A stretch of DNA of 64,000 nt from Chrysomallon squamiferum (taxonomy: Eukaryota > Animalia > Mollusca). Under the pieces are notes generated by a model. That model saw nothing but the letters and a program-made list of their open reading frames with translations. It searched no databases and was not told the origin of the DNA. The stretch is taken from positions 44,516,001-44,580,000 of the forward strand of contig CM022665.1 in the NCBI GenBank assembly GCA_012295275.1, read 5' to 3'. The position numbers were made by a program, and so were the translations under genes. Below, piece after piece: positions 39,301 to 53,424 of the stretch. How positions within the stretch are numbered: position 1 is the first letter of the stretch; every line of letters begins with the position of its first letter.

Positions 39301-39904
39301 ATAAAATAAAATAAATAAAATTAAATAAATAAATAAATAAAAAAATAAAATAAAATAAAATAAAATAAAATAAATAAATAAATAAATAAATAATAATACC
39401 AATAAATAAAATAAAAATAAATAAATAAAAGATAAAATTAATAATTAAAATAAATAAATAAAAATAATTAAAAATAAACAATAAAGAAAAATCCACACAT
39501 CTGGTTCTAACACCGAAGGTCACACAGTATACTTGATCACAGTTAAAAGTCTCGCAGATGTGATAAAACAGAAATACCCGCACACAGATGTGCAATAACA
39601 ATCATTAGCATAAAACATGCACAGCATCACTAACTCATTTTAAATATTTATATATACATATGTAGGCTTATTCACACATGTGTGTGCATTCTCGTTAAAC
39701 CCCTGGTTATTAAAATATTCATGTTCTGAATAGCTTAGACGTAGTTTTCCTGGCTTCTGTTACAAAGGTTATAAATTAGACTTGGAAAATTTGATATGTT
39801 TTTACAGGCTACTGCAGGGTTTTTTTTTTTCTGACATATAAGTATTGCACAGTGTAGTTAACAAAGCTGAAGAATAAATATTGGTTTAACAACACATGGT
39901 GCCA

Positions 39905-40410
39905 TCAGCAGTTGTTAAGTATCAGTTACCTGCACTTTTAAAGAGTTGTGAGTTCTGTCATCGTTTGTTTATCTTACCAGTTAGTAGTAAGTAAACGTTT
40001 GTGTGCACCTTCCCATAGATATCAGTATCAGAGGTTATTATGTGTCAGTTACCTGCACTTTTAAAGAGTTGTGAGTCCTGTCATTGTTTGTTTATCTTAC
40101 CAGTTAGCAGTAAGTAAACGTTCGTGTGCACCTTCCCATAGATTTCAATATTAGCAGTTGTTAGGTGTCAGGATTCACAACTCATATAAAATATCATGTG
40201 ACTGTCTTTGTTAGGTTGTTTGTTTAATCTTACCAGTTAGCAGTAAGTAAACGTTCGTGTGCACCTTCCCATAGATTTCAATATTAGCAGTTGTTAGGTG
40301 TCAGTCACATGATGTTTTATATGAGTTGTGAATCCTGTTGTTGTTAGGTCGTTAATTTATCTTGTCAGTTAGCAGTAAGTAAATGTTTGTATGCACCTTC
40401 CCATAGATGT
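39905..40410. repeat. ~120-135-bp tandem repeat, 4 copies, probably derived from the dispersed SINE-like family
   Basis: cttaccagttagcagtaagtaaacgtt(c/t)gtgtgcaccttcccatagat x4; the last copy continues into ataccatggccttt as in the copy near 62190. Confidence 0.88.
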
Positions 40411-40584
40411 ATAAACAAAAACAAAACAAAAATACCATGGCCTTTACATCTATCACTGGTTGGAATGCCTTAAGTGGAATGCTTAAAGAGTACTGACTGC
40501 AAAGCAAGGATTCTAATTAGTGAGTCATAAAACATTCTCTTATTTTTAAACAATGTGTAATACAGGATTTAACTCCCAGCTTTT

Positions 40585-40877
40585 TAATAAATAAATCTGT
40601 CTTCTAACTAGGTAAAATATCTGGACAAGTAACATAGCCTTTTTAAATTAAATTAATTTATTTTTTTTTTTTTTTTTTTTTTTTTTTTGTAAAACTCTTG
40701 GAAAATAAATGTTAATTCTAGGTAGACAAAATATATTGATAGGTGACATAGCCTTTTAAAATTTTAAAATTTTTTATTTTTTTATTTTTTATAAAAACTG
40801 TTGGAAAAATAAATACATCGTCTAAGCTAGACAAAATAACCTTTTTAAATTTAACAAAGCACTTTTTAAATTTCGTA

Positions 40878-40911
<34 letters not shown>

Positions 40912-40945
40912 CTCTTGGCAAATAAATATGTCTTCTAGCTTGTCA
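40585..40945. repeat. Degenerate ~120-130-bp tandem repeat, 3 copies
   Basis: aaataaat...ctag...cctttttaaa..poly-T..aaaactcttgg recurs. Confidence 0.7.
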
Positions 40946-41478
40946 AAAAACACAGCTGGATACTTCAGATACTCTGTTACATGTCTTTTGTACAGCTGTC
41001 TGTTCGTAGTAATTTTTTTTTACAAAACAAGAATGAATGACAACACAAGACGACACATACCCATGCGATTTGTATCTACCTGACTGATAACACCAGTCAC
41101 TGATAACAACAGGAAACACATACCAATATGATGTTTATCTATCAGATTTATGACAAAATCGTATTAACCCAGTTCTTAAACAATAGGGCAATCTTATGAA
41201 TACATCATTTCAGTAATGTGATATTATTCAGAAGTGTGTGTATTTTAAAAAAAAAACATTTGTATATTTTTTTTTTTTTTTTTTTAATAAGTGTGTTATT
41301 GGATATTAAGTCTAGTTGCTGGACATTTGTGAAAATTTGAATATTTAAATAAATAAATAAATAAATAAATAAAAATAAGCTAAATATATTTCTTAGTATT
41401 GGTTTTTACTGTTGTATGATGGTATAGTGTATGCCTGGAAAAATATATAATCACACACAAACACACACACACACACAG

Positions 41479-41512
<34 letters not shown>

Positions 41513-41567
41513 ACACACACACACACACACAGACACACACACAGACACACACACACACAGTCACATA

Positions 41568-41606
<39 letters not shown>

Positions 41607-42570
41607 TAAGACAGAAAAAAAAAGGTTATACAAAGATTACAAGATAAAGTACAATAACAAATATATGCTCAGTATACATCAGTTAATACCAGTTTTTATT
41701 GCACTTGTGTGGCAGTGTGTACTTGCGTGGCTTATAAAAAGTTTTGCATTATGTTCTATCTGCAGGTTTCCTCTTTTGTATATCTGATAACATCTACCAC
41801 AGTTATAGACTGCACAGCATGCTCCTATACAAAGTATTACCAAAGAAACACTTTTTTTTTTATTAACCTTTCTGTTGTAACGTATAAAATATATGTTACT
41901 AACATCTTCATAACAATAAAGTTTCGGCTTGGGTTTGTAAGCTGTGCTGATGTTTGTTTTATTTAACTCCTAATTTATCAAACAAAAATTTTGCAGTCTT
42001 TAATATTAGTACAGTTCTGATTATTTTTTACAATTAGCTTTTTAACATATTTTGTATATGTCGGAGAAAGTAATTTTTTAAAGATAGTTTTTTTATATAA
42101 TATATATATATGTATAATATCATCTCTTGGAGAGAGAGAGAACTTTTTTATCATGTTTATATCAAAAAGAATAATTGTTCAAGCACGCTTGTCGTGTACA
42201 GTTACCACATATCCTGTTAACTTGACCTAATACAGGGTATGTCATTGCTGGTGGTTTCTTTCTTTTAACTGTTATCTCTCTGGTGACCTTTTTAACCACA
42301 GAAAGTGAGAGATACAGTCTGCTCAAATATTATTAAATACAAGTAAGTATATACTGGGGGGTCAGTAGATATTTTCGGTAGATGGCTTTTGAGATTGTGA
42401 TTCTGTTTCACATGTGACTGATGTGTATGAAAATGCGTACATATTCTGAAATGTGAATAAAATGGCTTAAATATGTGGTGGAATAGATCTTTTGTACAGT
42501 TGTATATACATTGTCTTTGAATTCTTACTTAAGAAACACTATGAAGTTTTATTGCAGCTCAAATCATGGC

Positions 42571-43092
42571 TCTTTAATTACAGTTAAAAATGTATTTTAC
42601 ACCAGTTGTAGAACTGTATTTATATCACTTCCAGTGAGGTTCTGTGCACAAAACTGATCTCTTTCATTGACTGTGTCTTTATTTTATCAATGAAAAAATA
42701 AATCAACAAGAGACAATAAACCTTCTTCCAACAAACAAACATTCTTTAATTACAGTTAAAAATGTATTTTACACCAGTTGTAGAACTGTATTTATATCAC
42801 TTCCAGTGAGGTTCTGTGCACAAAACTGATCTCTTTCATTGACTGTGTCTTTATTTTATCAATGAAAAAATAAATCAACAAGAGACAATAAACCTTCTTC
42901 CAACAAACAAACATTCTTTAATTACAGTTAAAAATGTATTTAACACCAGTTGTAGAACTGTATTTATATCACTTCCAGTGAGGTTCTGTGCACAAAACTG
43001 ATCTCTTTCATTTACTGTCTGTCTTTATTTTTGCAATGAAAAAATGAAAAAATAAATCAACCAGAGACACAGTAAACCTTCTTCCAACACAC
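42571..43092. repeat. 172-bp near-perfect tandem triplication
   Basis: tctttaattacagttaaaaatgtatttt starts at 42571, 42743 and 42915. Confidence 0.95.
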
Positions 43093-43106
43093 AAACACAC
43101 ACACAA

Positions 43107-43144
<38 letters not shown>

Positions 43145-44385
43145 TCAAACACACACAGACACACACTCAAACACACACACACACACACACACACACTCAA
43201 ACACACACACTCAAACACACACACACACACATAACACTAGACCTCTAACAAATTCATTCAGTATTTTATTTCTTCAACCAGCCAATTTAAAAAAAAAAAT
43301 AAAAAAAAAAATAAGAAAAGAGATTGTCTTGTGAACTACAAACGTCCATGAAATGAAGGAGCAATGTTTACCGATATTCATACTCAGAGTCACAATCTAA
43401 ATAAAGCTAAACAAACATACGAACGACCAGCGACTTCACCATTCACTTTTTCTTCTTAGTGACACCTTCACAAACAACAATCATGCAGCTTATAAATGAA
43501 AGCCACGGAAATCACTTGTATCACTGAATGAAAATGAAAAAAAAAAAAATTTTAAAAAAAAAAATTTTTAATAATTTATTTTTTTTTATTATTATTATTA
43601 TGCTGATGTGTTTTGATGGACGCTTCATTCATTCACTTGTAAGAATCGACACAGCAGGTTTTTTTTTTGGTCTTTTCTCCTCAGGTAACAGATGTTACAG
43701 GTATTAGTTATTGATTTTTTTTTTTGGCAGGAAGAAGGTATTAAGGGTAGTTCCATGCAGACAGAGAGAGACAGAACAAAAAGTGTTTTGTTGTGAGGAG
43801 TGTGTGGTTTTTTTGTGATGGTTGAATGTGATGTGTGTGCTTATTATTATTTATTGTCCTTTTGTGATAGATTTTTTTTTTTTTTTTTTTTTCTTTTTTT
43901 TTTTTATTTATTCACACATTTGTGGTTTGCAGAAAATTTAATTGTTGTTAATTTGCCTGCCTGGCTTATTGTTTGTGTTTTTTTATTTTATGTTCTTTTT
44001 TTTTTTTTCTTTCTGTTCATTTCTTGTTGTCTTTCTTTCTTTTTGTTATCTTTTTTTGTTTTTTTCTCACTTGTCATAGATACATTTTCTTCTTGCTCAT
44101 ATTTACATATAGCAGCAGGCATGTGCGCATTCATGCATGTGCATGCATGTGTGTCTTTGTGTTTGTGTCTGTATCTGGATATGTATGTGTGTGTGTGTGC
44201 ATATGTATGTCTATATGTCTGTGTGTATTTTGCTGAAGAGTCATTAAATATTCAGTACGTATTCATTTGCTGTCTTTTCTCTCCATTTCTCTGTTTCTCT
44301 CTTTTGTCAGTGTTATGTTATATATATTTTATTTGTTTTAAAAATAGCCATTATCACTTCTGGGGTTGTTCATTTGTATTTCTTA

Positions 44386-44439
<54 letters not shown>

Positions 44440-44918
44440 AGACACAAACACTAAGACACACACACACTCACACTAACACTAAGACACACACACACACACA
44501 CACACACAGTCACACACTCACTTACACATACACAAACAAATTATGCAGAATAAATACTTTTTTTAAAAACAATTCTGAAAACAATTTGAAAAAAAAATAA
44601 CTTTAAAAAAAAAAAAAAAAAAAAGTCCCAGCTGTGTCCCAGTTGCTATGGTAACCTGACATGAATCTACTACGGAATGTATTACCTGATAATGGATTGC
44701 ATTTTAAAATGTACTGTTGTTTAAAGTTTCTGGGTTATTATATTTATCATTTACTCGTTTCTTGTTGTTGTTTTTTTGTTTGTTTTGTTTAAACATGAAG
44801 TTGTTTCATTGGCTTTCTCTGCTGCTTTACTTGCATCCATAGTTGACATTGTATTTTGAATGAACCCATTCTGTTGATACCTTAACTAATTTGTACACAC
44901 ACCTACACACACCCAGAC

Positions 44919-45021
<103 letters not shown>

Positions 45022-45193
45022 CATACATATACATATATATATATATATATATACTTAAATATATACCTATATACATACCTACCTACATATCTATACACAT
45101 ATATTTCTTTTAATTCTTAAATACATACATATACATACACACACACACACACATTGTAGAAACCACTAATTTCTGTACTTAAACATATAAAGA

Positions 45194-45224
<31 letters not shown>

Positions 45225-45336
45225 TTTTAACATACATTCAGTTTATTTGTACTTTGTTTTTATATTAACCCTTTTTGTTGTTACCCACTAAACACTAACA
45301 TTTTCTAATAATTTTTCTCCTTTTTAAATAAAAAAT

Positions 45337-45367
<31 letters not shown>

Positions 45368-46101
45368 TCCCAGAACACAATATATTTTTCTGAGGTAATC
45401 ACTTTAACACTGACTATATCATATTTTCACAAACTACCATTTGACAGTGAAATACAAGTTTTTATTGCACATTTAACTTCTTTCAAAATGTCTCTTTCAC
45501 TCCATTTCACATAAAATTACCAAAAAGTTATAAAAAAAAAACATATCTTGAAAATCATCTTCAAATATTCAAGTTTCACTTTCCTTCTTTAAAAAACCTA
45601 TTATTACAACCTGTTGTAAATCTTAATTCATTTCAAGTCAGTTTGATCTTATCACAAAGTGTCATTAGCAGCTTCATAAAAACTTTTGCCTTCGGGGGGG
45701 GTTTATGCTTTTAAAACAATACAGCACAAGTTGAAATCATTTATCACTTTATTTATAAGAAAATGAAAACAATAAATTACGAGTAATTGAAATGCAGTCT
45801 GGAAATGATTGCAAAATGCCACAAGGCAGCTTTGGGAAAATGATAAATAAAAAATCAGTCAGAATGATAAATGATAAGTGACATTGTTCTGGCATGTGTG
45901 TCTTAATTTGCAGTTCTCAGGGTTTTTTTTTTGCTTTTTGTATATGTGTGTGTGTATGCATATAGATACATAGATAAATACATCTACATCTACATATATA
46001 AATGTGTATGTGTGTATATATATATGTATACACGTACACACACATACATACATACACACTTACACACACACACACATATATATACATATACCTATAGATA
46101 T

Positions 46102-46132
<31 letters not shown>

Positions 46133-46886
46133 TACATACACATATACATATACATATACAGATACAGATATATATACATATATACATATATATATATATA
46201 CATATGTACATATATACATATATACATATATTCATATACATATTTATATATTGTTTTTTATAAGATCAATTCACAGGTTTAGAGACAAAAAAAAAAAATA
46301 AAAAAATTGAACAAGAAATTTAATTATTTCATATATAAAACAAAAAGTATTGATAAACTGAAATTTTTCATTTAAATTGATTGTGTATGTGACCTAACAG
46401 GTTTATTATAGCACATTAAAGCAAACAGTAAACTTCAAGAAAATTACAACAGAATATACAAATAATAAAACACGGACACCTTTAGGAACAGGTGAAAAAG
46501 AAAGAAAGAAAGAAAGAAGTGAGGGGAACAACAGGTAAACAAAGACAACCTTGACAGAATGTTTTGTTGTGTCTTGAAAGTGTGTTTACCATACCTACTC
46601 CCCCTGTCAGAACTGGGGACAGGTGTATTTGTGTGTGCAGGTAGAAAGAAAAATTGCAGTGGCGATAATTCAGGTGTTCTCACCTTTGACTAGGAGCACA
46701 ATGCAGGTGAGCAGTGTGTCGTTCACACCTGTTGATTAAACTGATAACAGTCTGTTGTCCTTTCACAAAACACAATGTCTCATTAACTACAAAGACTGAG
46801 TCTTTTTTTGACTGCACAGACTGAGTCTGTTTTGGCAAAAAGAAAAACCAGACGTTTGTTGTCACTGATTGTTATCTTAAAGTCAA

Positions 46887-46918
<32 letters not shown>

Positions 46919-47577
46919 GTGGACTGAGAAAAATGATAACACAGTTTTTACCTGAAAGGTTATTAGAAAGTTTAGCTGTTGTGAGAAAATGGCTGAATGT
47001 GAGTAAATAACATGTATATAAAGTAGGATACATGTATAATGGTAGGAGTAGGAATAGGAGGCTGGGATACTGATTATATCACTAAATATATTTTGGTTAG
47101 AATACTATATACAAAATTTAACATGCAAAACAAGAAACTATTTTCTAAAAGAAAAATGTTGTTATTTTTATATTTATTGTTGTTTTTGATGGAATATTTT
47201 TTTTTTTAAATGTTTCAAAAAAGAAAGTTGAAAAAACATAGCAGAACTTTTACACATACAAGTATAATAATTAAAAAAATAAAAAACAATCTTAATCTTA
47301 CAAATACAATACATTAACAAGATATTAATCTCACAACACCCCCCCTTTTCCCTCTGCCCCACAAAACAAAAAGTCGAACCAGGAACTTTATTAAAAATGC
47401 TAATAAATGAAATGAGAAAGTTAATAAGTAAATAAGCAAATAAGCAAATATGTAAATAAATAAATAATAATAATAATAATATAAATAAATATGTCATAAA
47501 TATATATATATATATATATGAATAAATAAAAATAAAAAATAAAAATAAATAAATACCAGTATGTAAGTAAATAAGTA

Positions 47578-47635
<58 letters not shown>

Positions 47636-48347
47636 CTACTACTACTACTAATAATAAAGCTTAAAATTAAATAAAAACTTGAAAACTGTAGAACAAAAGC
47701 CAACACAATTAATCACAAAACCAGGAAGACCTGACATTTTCGACATTTTTGACAAAAATACTTTTTTGCTATAAGATTTACGACATTTCTCCTTCCTTCT
47801 CTGAGATTCTCTGGTTTACTTTCCTAAGATTTCCACACAAATCTAATAAATCTTGTTCATTTCAGGTAATTTGTTATGTCTTTCAATGACACCAGGTACC
47901 ATAAAACTTAGCTCCAGGGTAAACTCTTGAAAGCAAGCAAAGATATAATTGAGATGATATGTTAAGAAAATAGTTTAAATAGTTTAAATGTTTTAAAAGA
48001 AAGTGGGGGGATATATATATATATATAAGGAAATGATAATAATAATGTGAAAATAATGGTAATGACAGTAATAAAATTTTGATAAAGTGTTTTAAAATTT
48101 TAATACATAATACATTGAATAATTATTATTTTTTTATGTTTTTAATAATTTGCTTATAGATTAATGATGATGATTTAAGGATTTTGAGGATCATAAGTAT
48201 GTTATCATTATATATTAATAATGATGATGGTAAAATAATAAAAAAGATGAAGAAGAAAAAGGATCAATAATGAAATAAATAGAAATAAAATTTATGCAAC
48301 TAATATTATTATATTTTATATAATATGTATATAAGAAATAATAATAA

Positions 48348-48378
<31 letters not shown>

Positions 48379-48492
48379 AACAAAAAGAAGAAGAAGAAAA
48401 AGAAAGAAAAAAACAGTAACAATAATGAAATAAATAGAAATAAAAATAAGATGCAACCATTATTATTATATTTTATCTAAGTATGTATGTAA

Positions 48493-48526
<34 letters not shown>

Positions 48527-50333
48527 GAAGAAGAAGAAAAACAACAGTAACAGTAATAATAATCATAATAACAACAGTATTACTATTTATTATTACAAAA
48601 AAAACAAAAACAAATTGTCTCTTAAAAAAATAAAAAAAATACAAAATGCACTAAAACAGTCAAGGTTGCCGTGGAAATGGGGACAGTAAGTTACTATGTC
48701 AACATTATCTGTTGACGATGTCATACGTTTCCATGACAAGCAGGACAGACTGATGTGTGTGTGTGTGTGTGTGTGTGTGATGAACATTCTCTGTCTGGTA
48801 TCTCATTGCTCTGAACTTGCCCACTCTGTCCTCTCCAGTCTTTGCTCAGACTCAGTGACTGTTCTGTGGAAGATAGTATATATATGACAAGCAGTCTGGT
48901 GGTGGTGGTGATGATTCATTCAGGAATGGTCCCAGGACTTTTTTCAAACAATCCATTTTTTGGCAGATGACCCTTGTTGAAGGTCGTGTTCATGGCATAT
49001 GTGCTTGAACCATCTTTTTCTTTCTTTCATTTTTAAATATAAAAAAATTTTTTTTTTTTTTTTTTAATATTATGAATATGAAGGTTGTTTAAAGGTTGTT
49101 CAAAATGTGCTTGAACCATCTTGTTCTTTTTTTTTTTTTTTTTAAAATGTTTTTTTTTTTTTTTTTTTTATTTTAAATATTATAAATATGAGATCTAAAC
49201 TTGTTAAAGGTTGTTTCAGTTTGTATAATGGTTGTTTCAGTTTGTATAATGGTTGACCAGTCTTTGCTAATAATAAAGTTTTAAAGGAATGCAACATGTT
49301 TATGAAAACTTTGGAATGTTTTACTGATTTTTCAGTATTTTGTCTTTGTTATTAGTGAATAAATTATTAACAAAATACTGCAAGTATTCAGGGTTTTTTT
49401 AATACTTTTTTTTTTTCTTTTTACCATTTTGATATTAAACTAAAACTTTTATTTTGTTTTATCTAATTTAAAACAAAATATTTCTTCTTCTTCTTTTTTC
49501 TTTCTTTAAAATTTTTTGTAAAAAAATAATATTTTTAATAAATTTCCATTATATAATTCTTAATTTTAATACCACTGTTTGAAAAATATTCAGAGATGAG
49601 ATTTTAATATTTGTTTCTAAGTACTTTTCAATAAACCTGAGGTATTGTTTTAATATCTGTTTATTTACATTTCCAACCATTTTGCATGTTAGACATTTGA
49701 TAATCGAATAAGCTTTTCTAATGATATTGAATTTAAATTAATTTTCATACTTTGAATCATGTTCTTTCTTCTTCTTTCATTCATACTTTCTTTCCTTCTC
49801 TCTTTTCCTTTTTTTCTTTTTTGTTTATATATATATATATATATGTTATGTATTTATTTATTTACCTATTTACTTACATCTTTCTTTCATTCTTTATTCA
49901 TTTATTTATTCATTCTTTTATATATTTTTCTACACTCCAGTCTTCAGAAACATTCTGAACAACCTCATCAAGCTGCTTTGTTTAAAAGACTACAGCACAT
50001 TCATTCATTTATTCATTCATTTATTTATGTGTGCGTGTGTCTGTGTGTCTGTCTATATAAATAAATATACGTTAAATATCAACTCCGACAAAATAAACAT
50101 TAAACCCTTGTTCAGTTACGATGACCTCTTCCCTGGGAAGGTCAGCCAACTCAGTGACCTGTCCACCACCTGGTCACTGGACAATCAATGGTCTGACTCA
50201 TTGATTGCCAGCATCACTGTTGTTGCTCCAGCACAGTCCAGTTGACCAGTTGTCCAGTCTGTCTGTCCGTCTGTCTGTTGAATTTTAGTGCTTGACCAAT
50301 GCATCCTTTATTGTTTTTTCTCCATTGTGATAC

Positions 50334-50545
50334 ACTGGCCAGCATAAAAAATCTTTTGTCTCGATTTTGTTGCCCATTGTGTGATTTCCCGTTCCAACCG
50401 GGTCTCTGTTATTAGAGTCTATTTCTGGGTTACTGGGCAGTGTACTGGCTTTTTGGGGCCAGCATAAAAGCCTTTTGTCTTGATTGTTTGTTGCCCATTG
50501 TGTGGTTTCCCGTTCTAACCGGGTCTCTGTTATTAGATTCTTTAT
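50334..50545 (+). repeat. Two ~120-bp copies, probably a fragment of the SINE-like family
   Basis: ggccagcataaaa..cttttgtct.gatt..ttgttgcccattgtgtg.tttcccgttc.aaccgggtctctgttattaga twice; reverse complement ggttggaacgggaaat resembles ggctagaacgggaaat near 55130. Confidence 0.8.
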
Positions 50546-51549
50546 ATTCAGTTATTGGTCAGTAGGTGCCAGCTTTGTCTCCCTGGGTTAGAAGGTTCAT
50601 GCAGTTTACTGTTACAAAAGAACTCTTTTCTTACAATCAATTATATTTATTTGCTTATTGGAGTTGGATCTTGTATTGGATAATGTTGTCTCATAATACA
50701 GTATTTGCCTTGTTAATGGATAATTTTTGCCTAGTTACTGAATACATTTTTATTTATGTTTATTTTTTTGGGGGTGGTGGAAAAGATTTTTTTTCTTTTA
50801 TTTGAATAAATTTTTGTCTATCTGTTGAACAATTTTTGGTTACCTGTAGAATAACCTTCAGCTAACTGTGGAATCTTTGCCTATTTATAAGTACAACTTG
50901 TCTTATAATTTATTTTTTTAAAAATTTGTGTGTTTATTTAGCAATTTTTGCCTGTTTATTAAACAACATTTTACCTATTTACTGAACAACCTTTGACTGT
51001 TTATTTATTTTAAATCTTCCCTTAATTATTTCATTTCTCAAAAAATTTGTTTTAACACAGTTCTCACCTATTATTTATTTATGTTCAGTTTTGACTTAGT
51101 TAAAGGAACAGGAGAGTACTGGCTTGCTGTGTCTACTCTGCTATTGAACACTGTGTATGTATATATTATATTATATTATATTGTATTATATTGTATTCTT
51201 TGCTCTGCTGCTGCGAATGTTGTGACAGGCCTCTGTTTGGATTGCTGCTCAGCGAAGCATGACCCATTGTGACCTGGTAGAGTAATGAAATGTGATCATG
51301 CAGTGTTTGCTTGAGACAACCAACCGACAAGTCCATCCCCCTAAATTTTTTTTGTAGGGGCAATTTGCGAAATTTTTTATTTTTATTTTTGTTGTTACAG
51401 ACTTTGTCTCTCTCTCTCTCTCTACTTGATATGTGACTGCCACAATCTGCTGAAGTGTTTCTCAGTTTTTGTTTCTGCCTGTTTGAACAGATACCTTCTG
51501 TGATATACGAAGTTATTACATGTCAGCACGTGAAATAAGCTGCTGGTGG

Positions 51550-52575
51550 TTATGAAAGATAACCTGTATATTCCACGACAACAGTGGTTAAAGATATTAA
51601 ATGATAAAATACACTTAAATAAATAAACTTTTTAATAGATATTTCTCTGTTGGTGTATGAATAATACTGCAGATATTCCATGACAAAGATTAAATATATT
51701 AAATGATAAATACTCTTAAATAAATAAACTTTAATAGACATTTCTTTACTAGCCATTGTTTATGAAAGATAACATATATATTCCATGACCAGAAAGGTTA
51801 AAAGATATTAAATGATAAAATACACTTAAGTAAATAAACTTTTTAATAGATATTTCTCAGTTGGTGTATGAATAATATTGGATATATTCCACGACAAAGC
51901 TTAAATAGATAAATGTTAAATTCTTAAATTACTCTATTGGTGTATGAATAATACTGCAGATATTCCATGACAAAGCTTAAATATATTAAATGATAAATAC
52001 TCTTAAATAAATAAAGTTTAATAGATATTTCTTTACTAGCCACTGTTTATGAAAGATAATGTATATATATTCCATAACCAGAAAGGTTAAAAGATATTAA
52101 ATGATAAATAGCTTTAAATAAATAAACTTTTTAATAGATATTTCTCAGTTGGTGTTTGAATAATATTGGATATATTCCACGACAAAACTTAGATATATTA
52201 AATGTTAAATGCTCAAAAGTCTTAAATTAATAGACTTTAATAGATACTTCTCTATTGGTGTATGAATAATACTGGATATATTCCATAAGAAACCTTAAAT
52301 ATATTAAATGTTAAATAGCCTTAAATAAATAAATAATAGAAATTAAATAGATATTTTTTTTATTAACCACTGTGTATGAAAAATAATGCATATTTCCATG
52401 GTAATAAAGCTTTAAAATATTAAATGATAAAATAGCCTCAAGTGAATGAACATAAATAAATAGATATTTCTTTATTGGGGTATGAAAGATATTGATTATA
52501 TTCAATGGCAACAAAGCTTTAGAATATGAAATGATAACCTTATCCTTAAATATATAAATTAATAGATACTTCTTC
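51550..52575. repeat. AT-rich ~110-120-bp minisatellite with higher-order structure
   Basis: atattaaatgataaa...ttaaataaataaacttttaatagatatttct...tatgaa...atattcca recurs about 9 times with alternating variants. Confidence 0.88.
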
Positions 52576-52689
52576 ACTGACACATCTCTGTATATTTCAG
52601 CATTAAAAATTCATTAGTTGAGGTTTTGTGTTCAGACAATAATCATCTGTAAGAGTAAAACCCATTTCTGCTGCTTTTATTAACTACTT

Positions 52690-52850
52690 GCTATTTATTA
52701 GCAATAAGAAATATTTTATATCTTCCTTCCCATGGGTTGAAAATAAAAAATAAATAATAACAAGGCTTTTGATTAACCAGTCATAACGAAATGGCCGGAA
52801 TGTGAGAAAAAAAAGCTCAGTGTCTGCAGTGAGGATGATGGATCCAGTGA
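52690..52850 (-). mobile_element. Degenerate copy of the same SINE-like family
   Basis: ttagcaataagaaatattttata...cttcccat...aaggcttttga..aaccagtc...tggccggaatg is colinear with other copies. Confidence 0.4.
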
Positions 52851-53159
52851 ATGATCTAATCATACTGGAACATCATCATCATCATCAAAGCTGTAAATTT
52901 GGTTCTTAAGCAGTGATTCGAAACCGAAGAAGTCAAATCACGCAAATCTTCTTCTTCTTCCTCCTCCTAAAATGTAGTTCCGAGATGACGTATCCTAGAA
53001 ATGACTTGTAATGACTGAATACCTGTACAGGTGTGAGTGTTGACCAGGATGAGAAATGTGTACCAAACACCCCCCCCACACACAACCAATTAACCTGTAA
53101 GTAAAAGGTGTGTTGCTTTGAGGTGTGTGTGTGTGTGTTTGATGATGTGTGTGTGGATT

Positions 53160-53345
<186 letters not shown>

Positions 53346-53424
53346 CTATAAATGGCAGTGATTGATGTGAAAATAGATTTCAATAACATCACCAGTCCAG
53401 TTTTTATGTGTGACAAGTTATTTT

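Noticed and set aside
43800-44600. 266-aa ORF and other long low-complexity ORFs (38912..39601, 34134..34759, 56034..56642, 58027..58398)
   Set aside because: Translations of microsatellites and T-rich DNA.
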